Positions 8,227 through 16,743 of a stretch of 32,255 nt of DNA are shown in pieces. The stretch is taken from positions 1 through 32,255 of the forward strand of contig JBBQYG010000028.1 in the NCBI GenBank assembly GCA_038208905.1, given 5' to 3'. The notes under the pieces were generated by a model, which worked only from the letters and a program-made list of their open reading frames with translations, did not search any database and had not been told where the DNA came from. The position numbers and the translations under genes are program-made. The first letter of the stretch is position 1; every line of letters begins with the position of its first letter. The stretch comes from Candidatus Sumerlaeia bacterium. Lineage in GTDB: Bacteria > Sumerlaeota > Sumerlaeia > SLMS01.

Positions 8227-9537
8227 GTGGTTTCCACCGTGCTCCTCCGCAGTCGCCGCGTCATCCTTCCCGATGGGGAACGCCCCGCGGCCCTTCGCAT
8301 CGCTGGGGGCCGGATCGCGGACGTACTCGATTACGGCATCACTTCGCTGCCGACCGAGGACGTCGTGGACGCGGGCGGATGCGTCCTGATGCCCGGGCTG
8401 GTGGACTCGCATGTCCACATCAACGAACCCGGTCGGACGGAATGGGAGGGCTTGGCGACGGCCTCGCGCGCGGCGCTTGTGGGAGGCGTGACAACGCTCG
8501 TGGACATGCCGCTGAATTGCAGTCCGGCAACGACATGTCTCGCCGCTCTCGAAGCCAAACGCGAACACTTTTTTGGGCGCAGCGCGATCAACGTCCAGTT
8601 CTGGGCCGGAGTCGTGCGGGGGAACAGCGGAGAGATCGCCGCAATGCTGGACGCGGGAGCGTTGGGCGCAAAGTGCTTCCTCACTCCCTCCGGCATCGAC
8701 GATTTTCCCCATTCGGAAGTCGAGGACCTAAGGCGCGCCATGCCGGAGCTGGCGCGACGCGGAAAGCCGCTGCTGGTCCACGCGGAACTCGACGTGCCGC
8801 GCAGCTCTCCCGGCAATCGGCGCAGCCATGCGGAGTGGGTTGCGTCGCGCCCCCCCGAATGCGAGGTGCGCGCCGTGCGGCTGATGATCGATCTATGCCG
8901 CGAGTTCGGAACCCATGTCCACATCGTTCATGTCGCGGCGGAGGAGGTGCTTCCCCTCATTCGCGCCGCGCGCGCGGAAGGCCTCCCCATCTCCGCGGAG
9001 ACTTGCCCCCACTACCTGCTGCTGGCCTCCGAAGAGGTCCCCGATGGCGCCACGGAGTTCAAGTGTGCGCCGCCGATCCGCGAGGCATGGCACCGCGAGG
9101 CGCTGTGGAGCGCGCTCCGGGATGGAACGCTGGATATGATCGTCTCCGACCATTCGCCGTGCCTGCCGTCGATGAAGGAGCGGGATTCGGGGGACTTCTT
9201 CTCCGCGTGGGGCGGGATCGCCTCGCTTCAGTTTGGGCTCCCCTTGATTTGGAATGAGGCAAGTCGCCGAGGCCTCTCGCTGGTCGACGTAGTCCGTTGG
9301 ATGGCCTTGGCGCCGGCTCGTCTCGCGGGGTTGGAAGGCCACAAGGGTGCCTTGGTCGCCGGGGCTGATGCCGACGTGGTGGCCTTGGACCCGGATTCCA
9401 CTTGGTCCATCAGGGAGGACCTGATCGAGCATCGGCACAAGTTGACGCCGTACCTCGGCAGGCACGCGCGGGGAGAAGTCCGCCGCGTGTGGATCGCCGG
9501 CCGGGAAGTGGGGCGTGGAGCGGTCTGTCCGCGATGA
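8227..9537 (+). CDS. allB: Allantoinase (metal-dependent amidohydrolase)
   Basis: Motifs DSHVHINEPGRTEWEG, DMPLNC, KCFL, VHAE, HIVHV, ETCPHYL, KCAPPIR, SDHSPC and WGGIASLQ. Adjacent to urate catabolism genes. Confidence 0.95.
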   Translation: MVSTVLLRSRRVILPDGERPAALRIAGGRIADVLDYGITSLPTEDVVDAGGCVLMPGLVDSHVHINEPGRTEWEGLATASRAALVGGVTTLVDMPLNCSPATTCLAALEAKREHFFGRSAINVQFWAGVVRGNSGEIAAMLDAGALGAKCFLTPSGIDDFPHSEVEDLRRAMPELARRGKPLLVHAELDVPRSSPGNRRSHAEWVASRPPECEVRAVRLMIDLCREFGTHVHIVHVAAEEVLPLIRAARAEGLPISAETCPHYLLLASEEVPDGATEFKCAPPIREAWHREALWSALRDGTLDMIVSDHSPCLPSMKERDSGDFFSAWGGIASLQFGLPLIWNEASRRGLSLVDVVRWMALAPARLAGLEGHKGALVAGADADVVALDPDSTWSIREDLIEHRHKLTPYLGRHARGEVRRVWIAGREVGRGAVCPR

Positions 9538-9576
9538 AGGTTGACCCCGGGACAATTCACGCCGAGACCCTGAAGC

Positions 9577-10452
9577 ATGACAAACGCTCCCGAGACACTC
9601 GCCTGGCTCAATGCACTTTCCGCTCCTGAATGCGTGGCGGCGCTGCGGCGCGTATGCGGGAGCGCGCGCTGGGCGGGATCGCTCGCCGCGCTAAGGCCTT
9701 TCGCCACGCTGGAGCACCTCCATGCCAAGGCCGACGAGGTCTGGTGGTCGCTTTCAGGCGAGGAGTGGAATGAGGCATTTTTCCACCATCCTCGCATTGG
9801 CAGCCGCGACGCGCTGAAGGAGAAGTTCGCATCGACGCGCACATGGGCCCAGGGCGAGCAGGCCCGCGTGGAGGCTGCGGCGGAGGCCACCATCGAGGGG
9901 CTTCTGCAAGGCAACGAGGAACACGAAAAGCGATTCGGGTACATCTTCATCGTCTGCGCCACGGGAAAGAGCGCGGAGGAGATGCTCGCCATCCTGAGGC
10001 TGCGGCTCGCCAACGACGCCGCGACGGAACTTCGCGCCAGCGCCTGCGAGGAAAACCGGATCACGCATATACGTTTGGCCAAGCTGCTGGCTCCCGCCGC
10101 CCCGCCCGCGCCGGGCCACATTACGACCCACGTGTTGGACACCGCGCTCGGCAAGCCCGCTGCGGGCGTGGCGATGCGACTGGAGCGGCTACTCGGCGAC
10201 CGGTGGGAGACGATCGGCGCGGGATCCACCGATGCGGACGGACGGCTGAAGACGCTCTATCCCGCGGGTGAGCCCCTGTGCGCCGCCAGCTACCAGCTCA
10301 CTTTCGAGACTGGCGCCTATCTCGCCGGGCTGGGCCTTCCGTCGTTTTTCCCCTGTGTGCGGATCGTCTTTGCCGTGCCCGATGGCGCGTCTCACTATCA
10401 TGTGCCGCTGCTCCTGTCTCCATTCGGATATTCCACGTACCGGGGAAGCTGA
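9577..10452 (+). CDS. uraD-uraH: Bifunctional OHCU decarboxylase / 5-hydroxyisourate hydrolase (UraD-UraH fusion)
   Basis: N-domain HHPRIG, EQ and RFGYIFIVCATGK. Pro/Ala linker APAAPPAPG. C-domain ITTHVLDT, DGR and HYHVPLLLSPFGYSTYRGS. Confidence 0.93.
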   Translation: MTNAPETLAWLNALSAPECVAALRRVCGSARWAGSLAALRPFATLEHLHAKADEVWWSLSGEEWNEAFFHHPRIGSRDALKEKFASTRTWAQGEQARVEAAAEATIEGLLQGNEEHEKRFGYIFIVCATGKSAEEMLAILRLRLANDAATELRASACEENRITHIRLAKLLAPAAPPAPGHITTHVLDTALGKPAAGVAMRLERLLGDRWETIGAGSTDADGRLKTLYPAGEPLCAASYQLTFETGAYLAGLGLPSFFPCVRIVFAVPDGASHYHVPLLLSPFGYSTYRGS

Positions 10453-10456
10453 TCGC

Positions 10457-11299
10457 ATGGCCCGGCTCGTCCAGCACAATTACGGCAAGTCGCGCGTGCG
10501 CCTCGCGAAGATCACGCGCCATCCCGACCGGCACGACTTCACCGAGCTGACCGTGGACACCGCGCTGGAGGGCGATTTCGAGACTGCCCACTTGGAGGGC
10601 GACAACAGCAAGGTCATCCCCACCGACACCCAAAAGAACACCGTCCACGCGCTGGCGCTGGATCACGCGCTGGAGGACATCGAGTCCTTCGGCATCGCGC
10701 TCGGGCGGCACTTCGTCGACTCGTTTCCCGCCATCGTGACGACCGCGCGGATCACACTGAACCAGAGACTCTGGAAGCGTATCGTCCTTGGCGGTCAGCC
10801 CCATCACCACGCTTTCGAGGGCGCCGGAACCGAGCGCCGTCTGGCGGAAGTCATCGCAACCCCCGGCGACGCGCATATTCGCGCCGGCATCCGGGACCTG
10901 CACGTCCTCAAGACCACCAACTCCGCGTTCAAGGGCTATCCCCGTGACCGCTACACGACGCTTCCCGAGACCGATGACCGCATCTTCGCAACTGCCGTCA
11001 ATGCATGGTGGAGCTATCGCGCGGCGCCGAAATCCTTCAACGCGGCCTACTCGGCGATCCGCGCCGCGCTGGTGGAGACTTTCGCGGAGCACATGAGCCT
11101 CTCGGTGCAGCAGACGCTTTTCGAAATGGGGCGCGCGGCGCTGGACGCCTGCGCGGAAACGGAGGAGATTCGCATCTCGCTTCCCAATAGCCACTACCTG
11201 CCGCTGAATTTCCAGCCCTTCGGCTTGGCGAATCCCAACGTGATCTTCCTCCCCACCGACGAGCCCCACGGCCTCATCGAGGCGACCATCGTGCGATAG
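10457..11299 (+). CDS. pucL: Cofactor-independent urate oxidase (uricase)
   Basis: Motifs NYGKSRVRL, IPTDTQKNTV, VLKTT, TLPETDDRIF, SVQQTL, PNSHY and PTDEPHGLIEAT. Start set at the ATG at 10457. Confidence 0.95.
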   Translation: MARLVQHNYGKSRVRLAKITRHPDRHDFTELTVDTALEGDFETAHLEGDNSKVIPTDTQKNTVHALALDHALEDIESFGIALGRHFVDSFPAIVTTARITLNQRLWKRIVLGGQPHHHAFEGAGTERRLAEVIATPGDAHIRAGIRDLHVLKTTNSAFKGYPRDRYTTLPETDDRIFATAVNAWWSYRAAPKSFNAAYSAIRAALVETFAEHMSLSVQQTLFEMGRAALDACAETEEIRISLPNSHYLPLNFQPFGLANPNVIFLPTDEPHGLIEATIVR

Positions 11300-11334
11300 T
11301 CGGAAAGTAGCATGGTGCCATCGCGCGTGCGAGC

Positions 11335-11391
11335 GTGAACGATATGGACAAAATGGACTTGATGGACGTCCATCGTATTCATCGAGTCCAC
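11335..11391. repeat. Palindromic array of ATGGAC-type hexamers with 9-nt period between convergent genes
   Basis: GTGAAC(11335), ATGGAC(11344, 11353, 11362), then GTCCAT(11368), ATTCAT(11377), GTCCAC(11386). The centre is the perfect 14-bp palindrome GATGGACGTCCATC at 11361-11374. Confidence 0.85.
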
Positions 11392-11404
11392 CGTGAGGCA
11401 CAAG

Positions 11405-12589
11405 CTACTTGCCGAAAGGACGTATATACGGGAGGATCGTCTTGCGGTTGAATTCCTCCTTCATCGCCCAGAACATCGAATCGTACCAATAGTGCAGGAA
11501 GGCGATCGACATGATCGTTGCGTTGGCAAGCGTGAAGAGGGCGGTATTGACGGTGGCTTCCTTGGTGAAGAGGGAGAACTGGCTGCCATAGAAGAACAGC
11601 GCCAGCAGGCCCGTAATGCCCAGGGTGAAAGCGGCGAAAAGCCAGACTCCGGCGAAGCTCAGCCGGCCGGTTATGAGCTCGGGAACGACCTCCACCTGGT
11701 CTGCGAGTTCGGTGCGCTCGGCCCGGGGGCGGGCCTTGAACTTGTTGGTATTGAACAGCGCGACGATCGCCGTGTACTGGATGCCGTGGGCAAGCTGGGC
11801 GAAGCTGATGACGGCAAAGAACATGACTTCCGTCGGAGCGTCGATGAACAGTGGCCACGCCAGCGGAAGCGGGCCGAGGATGGCGCTGGCAATCATCGTC
11901 AGGTAGGGCCAGGATTTACCGCCCGTTTCGCGCAGGAAAGCCAGCCGCTTCGCCGCCATCCTTGCGAACGTGTAGAGAAACCAAACCGCCACTGCCGCAA
12001 GGATCGCCCAGTCGATCCAGTACTCGAAGATGAATTCGGGAAAGAGCCGCCGATAGTCCGCCGGAAAGAAGCACTGCACCGCGGTCAGGAACCCCACAGC
12101 CGCATAGACGGGCGCGTTGTCGATAGCCTTGTCGGCGGGGGAGCGCATTCCCCACTTCACGCGGTAGAAGCTCACGAGCCCAACGCTCTGGCGCATCCAG
12201 TGGTAGGCAGTATAGACAACCGCGAACAGGGTGATGTATGGCCGCGTCGTCTCGTTCAGCATCAGCCCGAACACCAGCGCGATCTGGGCCAGGGGAAACA
12301 GGAATGTCGCCACGATGCGCTTGCTGTAGTAGTCCCAGATCTGGCGGTCGAAGAAGAAGAAGAACGTCATCACCGTATGGGCGGTGTTGATCCCCCATAC
12401 CACGCCAAACAGAAGGGCTCCCGCCAGCCTGTCGTGATGGAGAAAGGCGAACGGGATCAGGACAAGCAGCGACCAGGCGTAGGAGAAGATGAAGAAAACG
12501 AGATCGAATGTCCGCCCCGCGATCCAGCGGTTGGGTTCCGCGGAGCTTTGGGAAATCGTAGGCGCGGGATGTGAAACTGCGACGCTCAT
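11405..12589 (-). CDS. Uncharacterised polytopic membrane protein with four His motifs
   Basis: About 10 hydrophobic segments, with motifs NTAHTVMT, YHWMRQSVG, AHGIQY and LHYWYDSMFW. Start set at the ATG at 12589. Confidence 0.8.
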   Translation of the reverse strand: MSVAVSHPAPTISQSSAEPNRWIAGRTFDLVFFIFSYAWSLLVLIPFAFLHHDRLAGALLFGVVWGINTAHTVMTFFFFFDRQIWDYYSKRIVATFLFPLAQIALVFGLMLNETTRPYITLFAVVYTAYHWMRQSVGLVSFYRVKWGMRSPADKAIDNAPVYAAVGFLTAVQCFFPADYRRLFPEFIFEYWIDWAILAAVAVWFLYTFARMAAKRLAFLRETGGKSWPYLTMIASAILGPLPLAWPLFIDAPTEVMFFAVISFAQLAHGIQYTAIVALFNTNKFKARPRAERTELADQVEVVPELITGRLSFAGVWLFAAFTLGITGLLALFFYGSQFSLFTKEATVNTALFTLANATIMSIAFLHYWYDSMFWAMKEEFNRKTILPYIRPFGK

Positions 12590-12659
12590 GATGCCTTCCG
12601 GCGACGCAATTTGCCGCCGCCCTTCTTGTCCACAAGACACGATCCGGGAGCGGATCAGG

Positions 12660-13289
12660 TCAAGGCAAGTATCCTTTAACCAGTACCCACGTCGTCATCG
12701 TCCGATGACTGTGGACAATCGTCGATTTGATCGGGTCGAGGAGTTCGCCGTCGAAGATGATTCGTGTCAGGCTCGAGAGCATTGGCTCATCCACCAGGAA
12801 CACGGGCGAGCCACCATCCGGCAAGTGGTAGAGTCGGTCGCCGAGCGGCTCGATCAGATGTTCCACGCCGTGGGTGCTCATGAGACGCGCGAAGAAGATG
12901 CCTCCTGGCTTCAGGACGCGCGACATCGCCGATAGCATGGCGCCGAAATGAGCTTCGCCCCGGGCAAAGTGCAGCACGGCGTTGCATATGACGAAGTCGA
13001 AGCTGGCGGGCGCGAACAGCATCGCCTCGATGGGGGTGGCAGTGAAGTTCTCTCGCGTCAGCTTGGGGGCGAGCATCGCGGCGAGCGCGCGTACCTCGCG
13101 GATAGCGCCGGCATCCTCGTCCACTCCATGCACGTCGAATCCGTGGCGCAGCAAGTACACCAGGTTCCGCCCGCCACCGCAACCCGCGTCCAGAACTCGC
13201 ATCCCGGGAGCCAAGCGACCCTTGACGAGTTGGTCGAAGAGATAAACGTCGATGGGGCCAAGGTATTCGCGAAGTTCGCCGGGGCTCAC
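12660..13289 (-). CDS. Class I SAM-dependent methyltransferase
   Basis: Motif I VLDAGCGGGRN, plus FDFVICNAVLHF and RVLKPGG. GTGA overlap with the upstream gene. Confidence 0.9.
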   Translation of the reverse strand: MSPGELREYLGPIDVYLFDQLVKGRLAPGMRVLDAGCGGGRNLVYLLRHGFDVHGVDEDAGAIREVRALAAMLAPKLTRENFTATPIEAMLFAPASFDFVICNAVLHFARGEAHFGAMLSAMSRVLKPGGIFFARLMSTHGVEHLIEPLGDRLYHLPDGGSPVFLVDEPMLSSLTRIIFDGELLDPIKSTIVHSHRTMTTWVLVKGYLP

Positions 13290-14803
13290 TGGAATTCATA
13301 TTCCACGGTCATCTTGTGCTTCCAGTCGTCGTAGTAGAGGTTGCCACCGGCCCACTCAACTTCGCCGCGCTGATTGTCGATATTGTCGGAGGGCCAGTGA
13401 GTCTTCGCAGGAACGAAAGGCTGTGCATAGTCCATGTTCGCAATCATGCGGAAGGGATCGATGTGCCCGATGTAGAAATCGCGCACGCGCGGATCGTCGT
13501 GTGTGCGAAGGCCGAAGGAGGGATCGGCGGGGAGCCAGCCGTGGGGCTCGACGTAGAACTCCGCCCAGTCATGGAGGTTCTCGCTCCCCGGCCGCATCGC
13601 CCAGCCCGATTGCCACCGCGCCGGAATCCCCGACGCGCGGCAGAGTGCGATGAACAGCAGCGCGTGGATGCCGCAATCTCCCGCGCGCTGATTCAGGGCC
13701 TTGTCGGTGATGCCGGTGATGATGGAATACTCCATCTCCGCGCAGTAGCGGAAGTTGCCGCTGATCCAGCGGAAGATCCTGTCGGCGGCCAAGTAGGGGT
13801 TCTTTTCGCCGCCAACGATCTCCGCCGCGAGGGAGCGAATCGCTGGCGAAAGATCGACATGCGGCGGCTGGTCGCGCGTGAACTCGCGAAAGATTTCGGA
13901 ATCCGGCGATGCCGCAGTGACCTTCGCTGGATCGATACTCGGTATATATGCGGAAGTGGTATAGACATACTCCAGGCGGAACTCCAGCGGCGTTCCCGAT
14001 GCTGGCGCCGGTGCCTCGAAATAGGCGGTGCGGAATCCAGATCCCTTGGGCGCGATGAGGGGATCGGCGGGCGACGCGGAGAGGAGCTTCACGTCGCGCT
14101 GTCGATGGTACTCCTGCGGATACGGAATCCAGCAGCGAACCGTCTCTCCCTCGGGCACGGCGCCGGGATTCACGGTAACGGTGTGGGTGGCGTGGATTTT
14201 CAGCGCGCCCGGCGTCTCCGTGCCCTGCTCCTCCGCCTCGGCAAGGTGCCTGAGCACGTAGTCGTGAAGGTCGAACTTCGCCGTGACGCGCGCGCTGGGG
14301 TCGCCATCGGGGCCGGTGCTGGCCTTCTTCGTGGCGGCATCGCGGCGTTCGCGCGCCTCTGCGGAGAGGCGATACAGATTCGACGGCTCACGGCGGAAGT
14401 AGCACACCTCCCCGTCTATACGCAGCCACTGCAAGTGCCCCGCCTCGCGCCACCGCTCCAAGTCGCCCGCCGTCGCATCGGGGATCGTCTTGGTCAGCGT
14501 TGCCAGCAGATCGCCCGAACTAACCCGGTAGTCCCGTCGAAGGCGCCTCAGTCGCTCGCGCTCGATCACCAGCGGATCCGTCGGCGCCGCGCCCTTGCCC
14601 ACCGCCCGGTCGATCCATGCCTCGGCGTCGGCGATACGGCCTTCGCGCTGGAGGGAGGCAAGCTCACGAGGCAAATCGCGACCTACGAGTTCTGGCGGAA
14701 GGGCAGTCATGGATGAACGATCGGCCTTGGTGGGAGTTGTAGAAGGACTGCCTGCGCAGGACATCAGGAGGAGTGCTGCGGCGGCGGGAAAAAAAACTCT
14801 CAT
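13286..14803 (-). CDS. Transglutaminase-like (Cys-His-Asp) domain lipoprotein
   Basis: Signal MRVFFPAAAALLLMSC (lipobox-like) with AAGGAG RBS. Catalytic motifs GDCGIHALLF, ARWQSG, HDWAEFY and GWLPADP. Confidence 0.88.
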   Translation of the reverse strand: MRVFFPAAAALLLMSCAGSPSTTPTKADRSSMTALPPELVGRDLPRELASLQREGRIADAEAWIDRAVGKGAAPTDPLVIERERLRRLRRDYRVSSGDLLATLTKTIPDATAGDLERWREAGHLQWLRIDGEVCYFRREPSNLYRLSAEARERRDAATKKASTGPDGDPSARVTAKFDLHDYVLRHLAEAEEQGTETPGALKIHATHTVTVNPGAVPEGETVRCWIPYPQEYHRQRDVKLLSASPADPLIAPKGSGFRTAYFEAPAPASGTPLEFRLEYVYTTSAYIPSIDPAKVTAASPDSEIFREFTRDQPPHVDLSPAIRSLAAEIVGGEKNPYLAADRIFRWISGNFRYCAEMEYSIITGITDKALNQRAGDCGIHALLFIALCRASGIPARWQSGWAMRPGSENLHDWAEFYVEPHGWLPADPSFGLRTHDDPRVRDFYIGHIDPFRMIANMDYAQPFVPAKTHWPSDNIDNQRGEVEWAGGNLYYDDWKHKMTVEYEFQ

Positions 14804-14842
14804 GGTGGCTCCTTGGCGCGATGCTGGAGGCCACCATGAGAG
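14789..14842 (-). terminator. Intrinsic terminator-like hairpin after the mut-mmd operon, overlapping the RBS and ATG of the transglutaminase-like gene
   Basis: Minus strand CTCTCATGGTGGC-C-TCC-13 nt loop-GGA-GCCACCATGAGAG-TTTTTTTT gives a 13-bp perfect stem, 3 further bp and a U8 tail. Confidence 0.75.
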
Positions 14843-14871
14843 AAACTCGACGGCCAGGCAAGCCGATGTTA

Positions 14872-16320
14872 CTACTGCAAGTGAGACAAAAGCACGCCAG
14901 CCGCCACCGCCGATCCAATGACACCCGCCACGTTGGGCCCCATCGCGTGCATCAGGAGGAAGTTCTGGCGGTCCTCCTCGTGGGCGACTCGTTGGACAAC
15001 CCGGGCCGACATGGGAACGGCGGATACCCCAGCCGCCCCGATGAGTGGATTGATCTGCTCCTTCGACACCAGATTCATCAACTTGGCGAAAAGCACGCCA
15101 CCCGCGGTCGCCATGCTGAAGGCGATCACCCCAAGGACGAAGATGCCGATGGTCTGCCACGTGAGGAAGTTCGATGCCTGGGTCTTTGCACCCACCGTAA
15201 GCCCCAACAGGATCGTCACGATATCGATCAGGGACGTCTGCGCGGTCTTGGCGAGACGTTCCGTCACCAGCGACTCGCGCAGCAGGTTGCCGAGGAACAG
15301 CATCCCGAGCAGTGCGAGCGCTGCGTTGGCGATGAAGGCCGTCAGCAGGAAGCCAAGAACCGGAAACAGGACGCGGATCAGCCGCGGTGTCTCCACCGGT
15401 GGCGGCATCCGGATCAGTCGCTCTGCCCGCGTCGTCAACAGGCGCATGATGGGCGGCTGGATGATGGGAACCATCGCCATGTAGCTATACGCCGAGAGCG
15501 CCACCGCGCCCAATAGGTGGGGCGCCAGTGTGGAACAGGTGAAAATCGCCGTTGGTCCATCTGCGCCGCCAATGATGCCGATGGAGGCAGCCTCCTTCAT
15601 GTCGAAGCCAAGGAGCACCGCGCAGGCCAGCGCGCCAAAGATGCCCACCTGGGCAGCCGCGCCGAGCAGGATCAGGCGAGGCTTGGCGAGGAGCGGGCCG
15701 AAGTCCGTCAGCGCGCCGACGCCAAGAAATATCAATGGAGGAAAAAATCCCCATTCGATCCCGCGAAAGAGGATCCAGAGAACGCTCGCATTCCATGCAT
15801 CCTGCTGGGTTAGTGGTATCACCACGGGATACCGGTGATCCTCCCGCGCCTCGGCCACGAATACCATGTGGCCGCCGCGTCGGAGCTTGTGCTGGCCGGG
15901 CGGCGGTGGCACCACCTTGCCCGATTCATCGCGATGGATATAGACAATCGACTCCTCGGAGTGAGCCATCACGGCCTTGCCCTGTTTCACCAGATCGAGA
16001 TGCGCGGAAAGGTATGGCCTCTCGATCTTCTCGTTGGCGGCATACTCCTTTCCCAGTATCTCCATCGCCTCTGTCGTGTAGTAGTCCAGCTTGGCCTCGC
16101 TCACGGGGCCGTCGTACACGCTCAGGCTCAGCTTCTCCGCGTTGTAGGGGATATTGCCCAGCAGAATGCCGAATCCGATCGGAACGAGCAGCAGCGGCTC
16201 GAAGCCCTTCCGTATAGCAAGATAGATAAATAGCAGGCCGATTCCGATCATTACCATGCTCCCGCCGGTGAACTGGCCAAAGCCGGAATCGTGGATGAAT
16301 CTAAACAGCGTCTCGCCCAT
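14872..16320 (-). CDS. mmdB: Na+-translocating decarboxylase beta subunit (OadB/MmdB family)
   Basis: Motifs FEPLLLVPIGFG, FPPLIFLGVGALTDFGPL, IGIIGGADGPTAIF, AYSYMAMVPIIQPP, GVSAVPMSARV and HAMGPNVAGVIGSA. Confidence 0.96.
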   Translation of the reverse strand: MGETLFRFIHDSGFGQFTGGSMVMIGIGLLFIYLAIRKGFEPLLLVPIGFGILLGNIPYNAEKLSLSVYDGPVSEAKLDYYTTEAMEILGKEYAANEKIERPYLSAHLDLVKQGKAVMAHSEESIVYIHRDESGKVVPPPPGQHKLRRGGHMVFVAEAREDHRYPVVIPLTQQDAWNASVLWILFRGIEWGFFPPLIFLGVGALTDFGPLLAKPRLILLGAAAQVGIFGALACAVLLGFDMKEAASIGIIGGADGPTAIFTCSTLAPHLLGAVALSAYSYMAMVPIIQPPIMRLLTTRAERLIRMPPPVETPRLIRVLFPVLGFLLTAFIANAALALLGMLFLGNLLRESLVTERLAKTAQTSLIDIVTILLGLTVGAKTQASNFLTWQTIGIFVLGVIAFSMATAGGVLFAKLMNLVSKEQINPLIGAAGVSAVPMSARVVQRVAHEEDRQNFLLMHAMGPNVAGVIGSAVAAGVLLSHLQ

Positions 16321-16356
16321 ATAACTGCTCTTTTCTTGAGAAGTGCGTGCGCCGAC

Positions 16357-16743
16357 TCACTCGAATTCCACGAGCGCCTGTCCGGCCTTCACCGCGTCGC
16401 CAACCGAGACGAGTACCGCCTTGATGCGCCCCGTGCGGTCGGAGGAGATGGCGGTCTCCATCTTCATCGCCTCCAGCACCAGCATCTCGTCGTTTGGCTT
16501 TACCTGATCGCCGGCCTTCACGTGAATGCCCCGGATCGTTCCAGCCAGCGGCGCAACAAACGTATTCCCCCCGGCTGGCGCTGGCTGGGCTGCCGCCGCC
16601 GGAGCCACCGCGGGAGGATCGGCCCGATGCACCGGCGCCGGCGAGGCCGCCAGGATAGGCGGGGCGGGGTGCACCGTGTGATCGTCCAGAATCTCAACGT
16701 CCACGTCGTATGCCGTACCCTGAACGGTGATGCGCAGCTTCAT
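16357..16743 (-). CDS. mmdC: Biotin carboxyl carrier (gamma) subunit of methylmalonyl-CoA decarboxylase
   Basis: EAMKME biotinylation motif, Ala/Pro-rich linker and operon context. Confidence 0.92.
   Translation of the reverse strand: MKLRITVQGTAYDVDVEILDDHTVHPAPPILAASPAPVHRADPPAVAPAAAAQPAPAGGNTFVAPLAGTIRGIHVKAGDQVKPNDEMLVLEAMKMETAISSDRTGRIKAVLVSVGDAVKAGQALVEFE

Noticed and set aside
11335-11391. CRISPR array interpretation of the ATGGAC repeats
   Set aside because: The units are 6 nt with 3-nt spacers and invert at the centre, and there are no cas genes.
14804-15160. Extended N-termini from the ORF track (13286-15160; likewise 22373-24811, 19129-20325, 10268-11299, 3006-4847, 6434-8137)
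   Set aside because: The extensions overlap neighbouring genes or regulatory DNA. Internal ATGs with an RBS, a stop/start overlap or a match to the start of family homology fit better.
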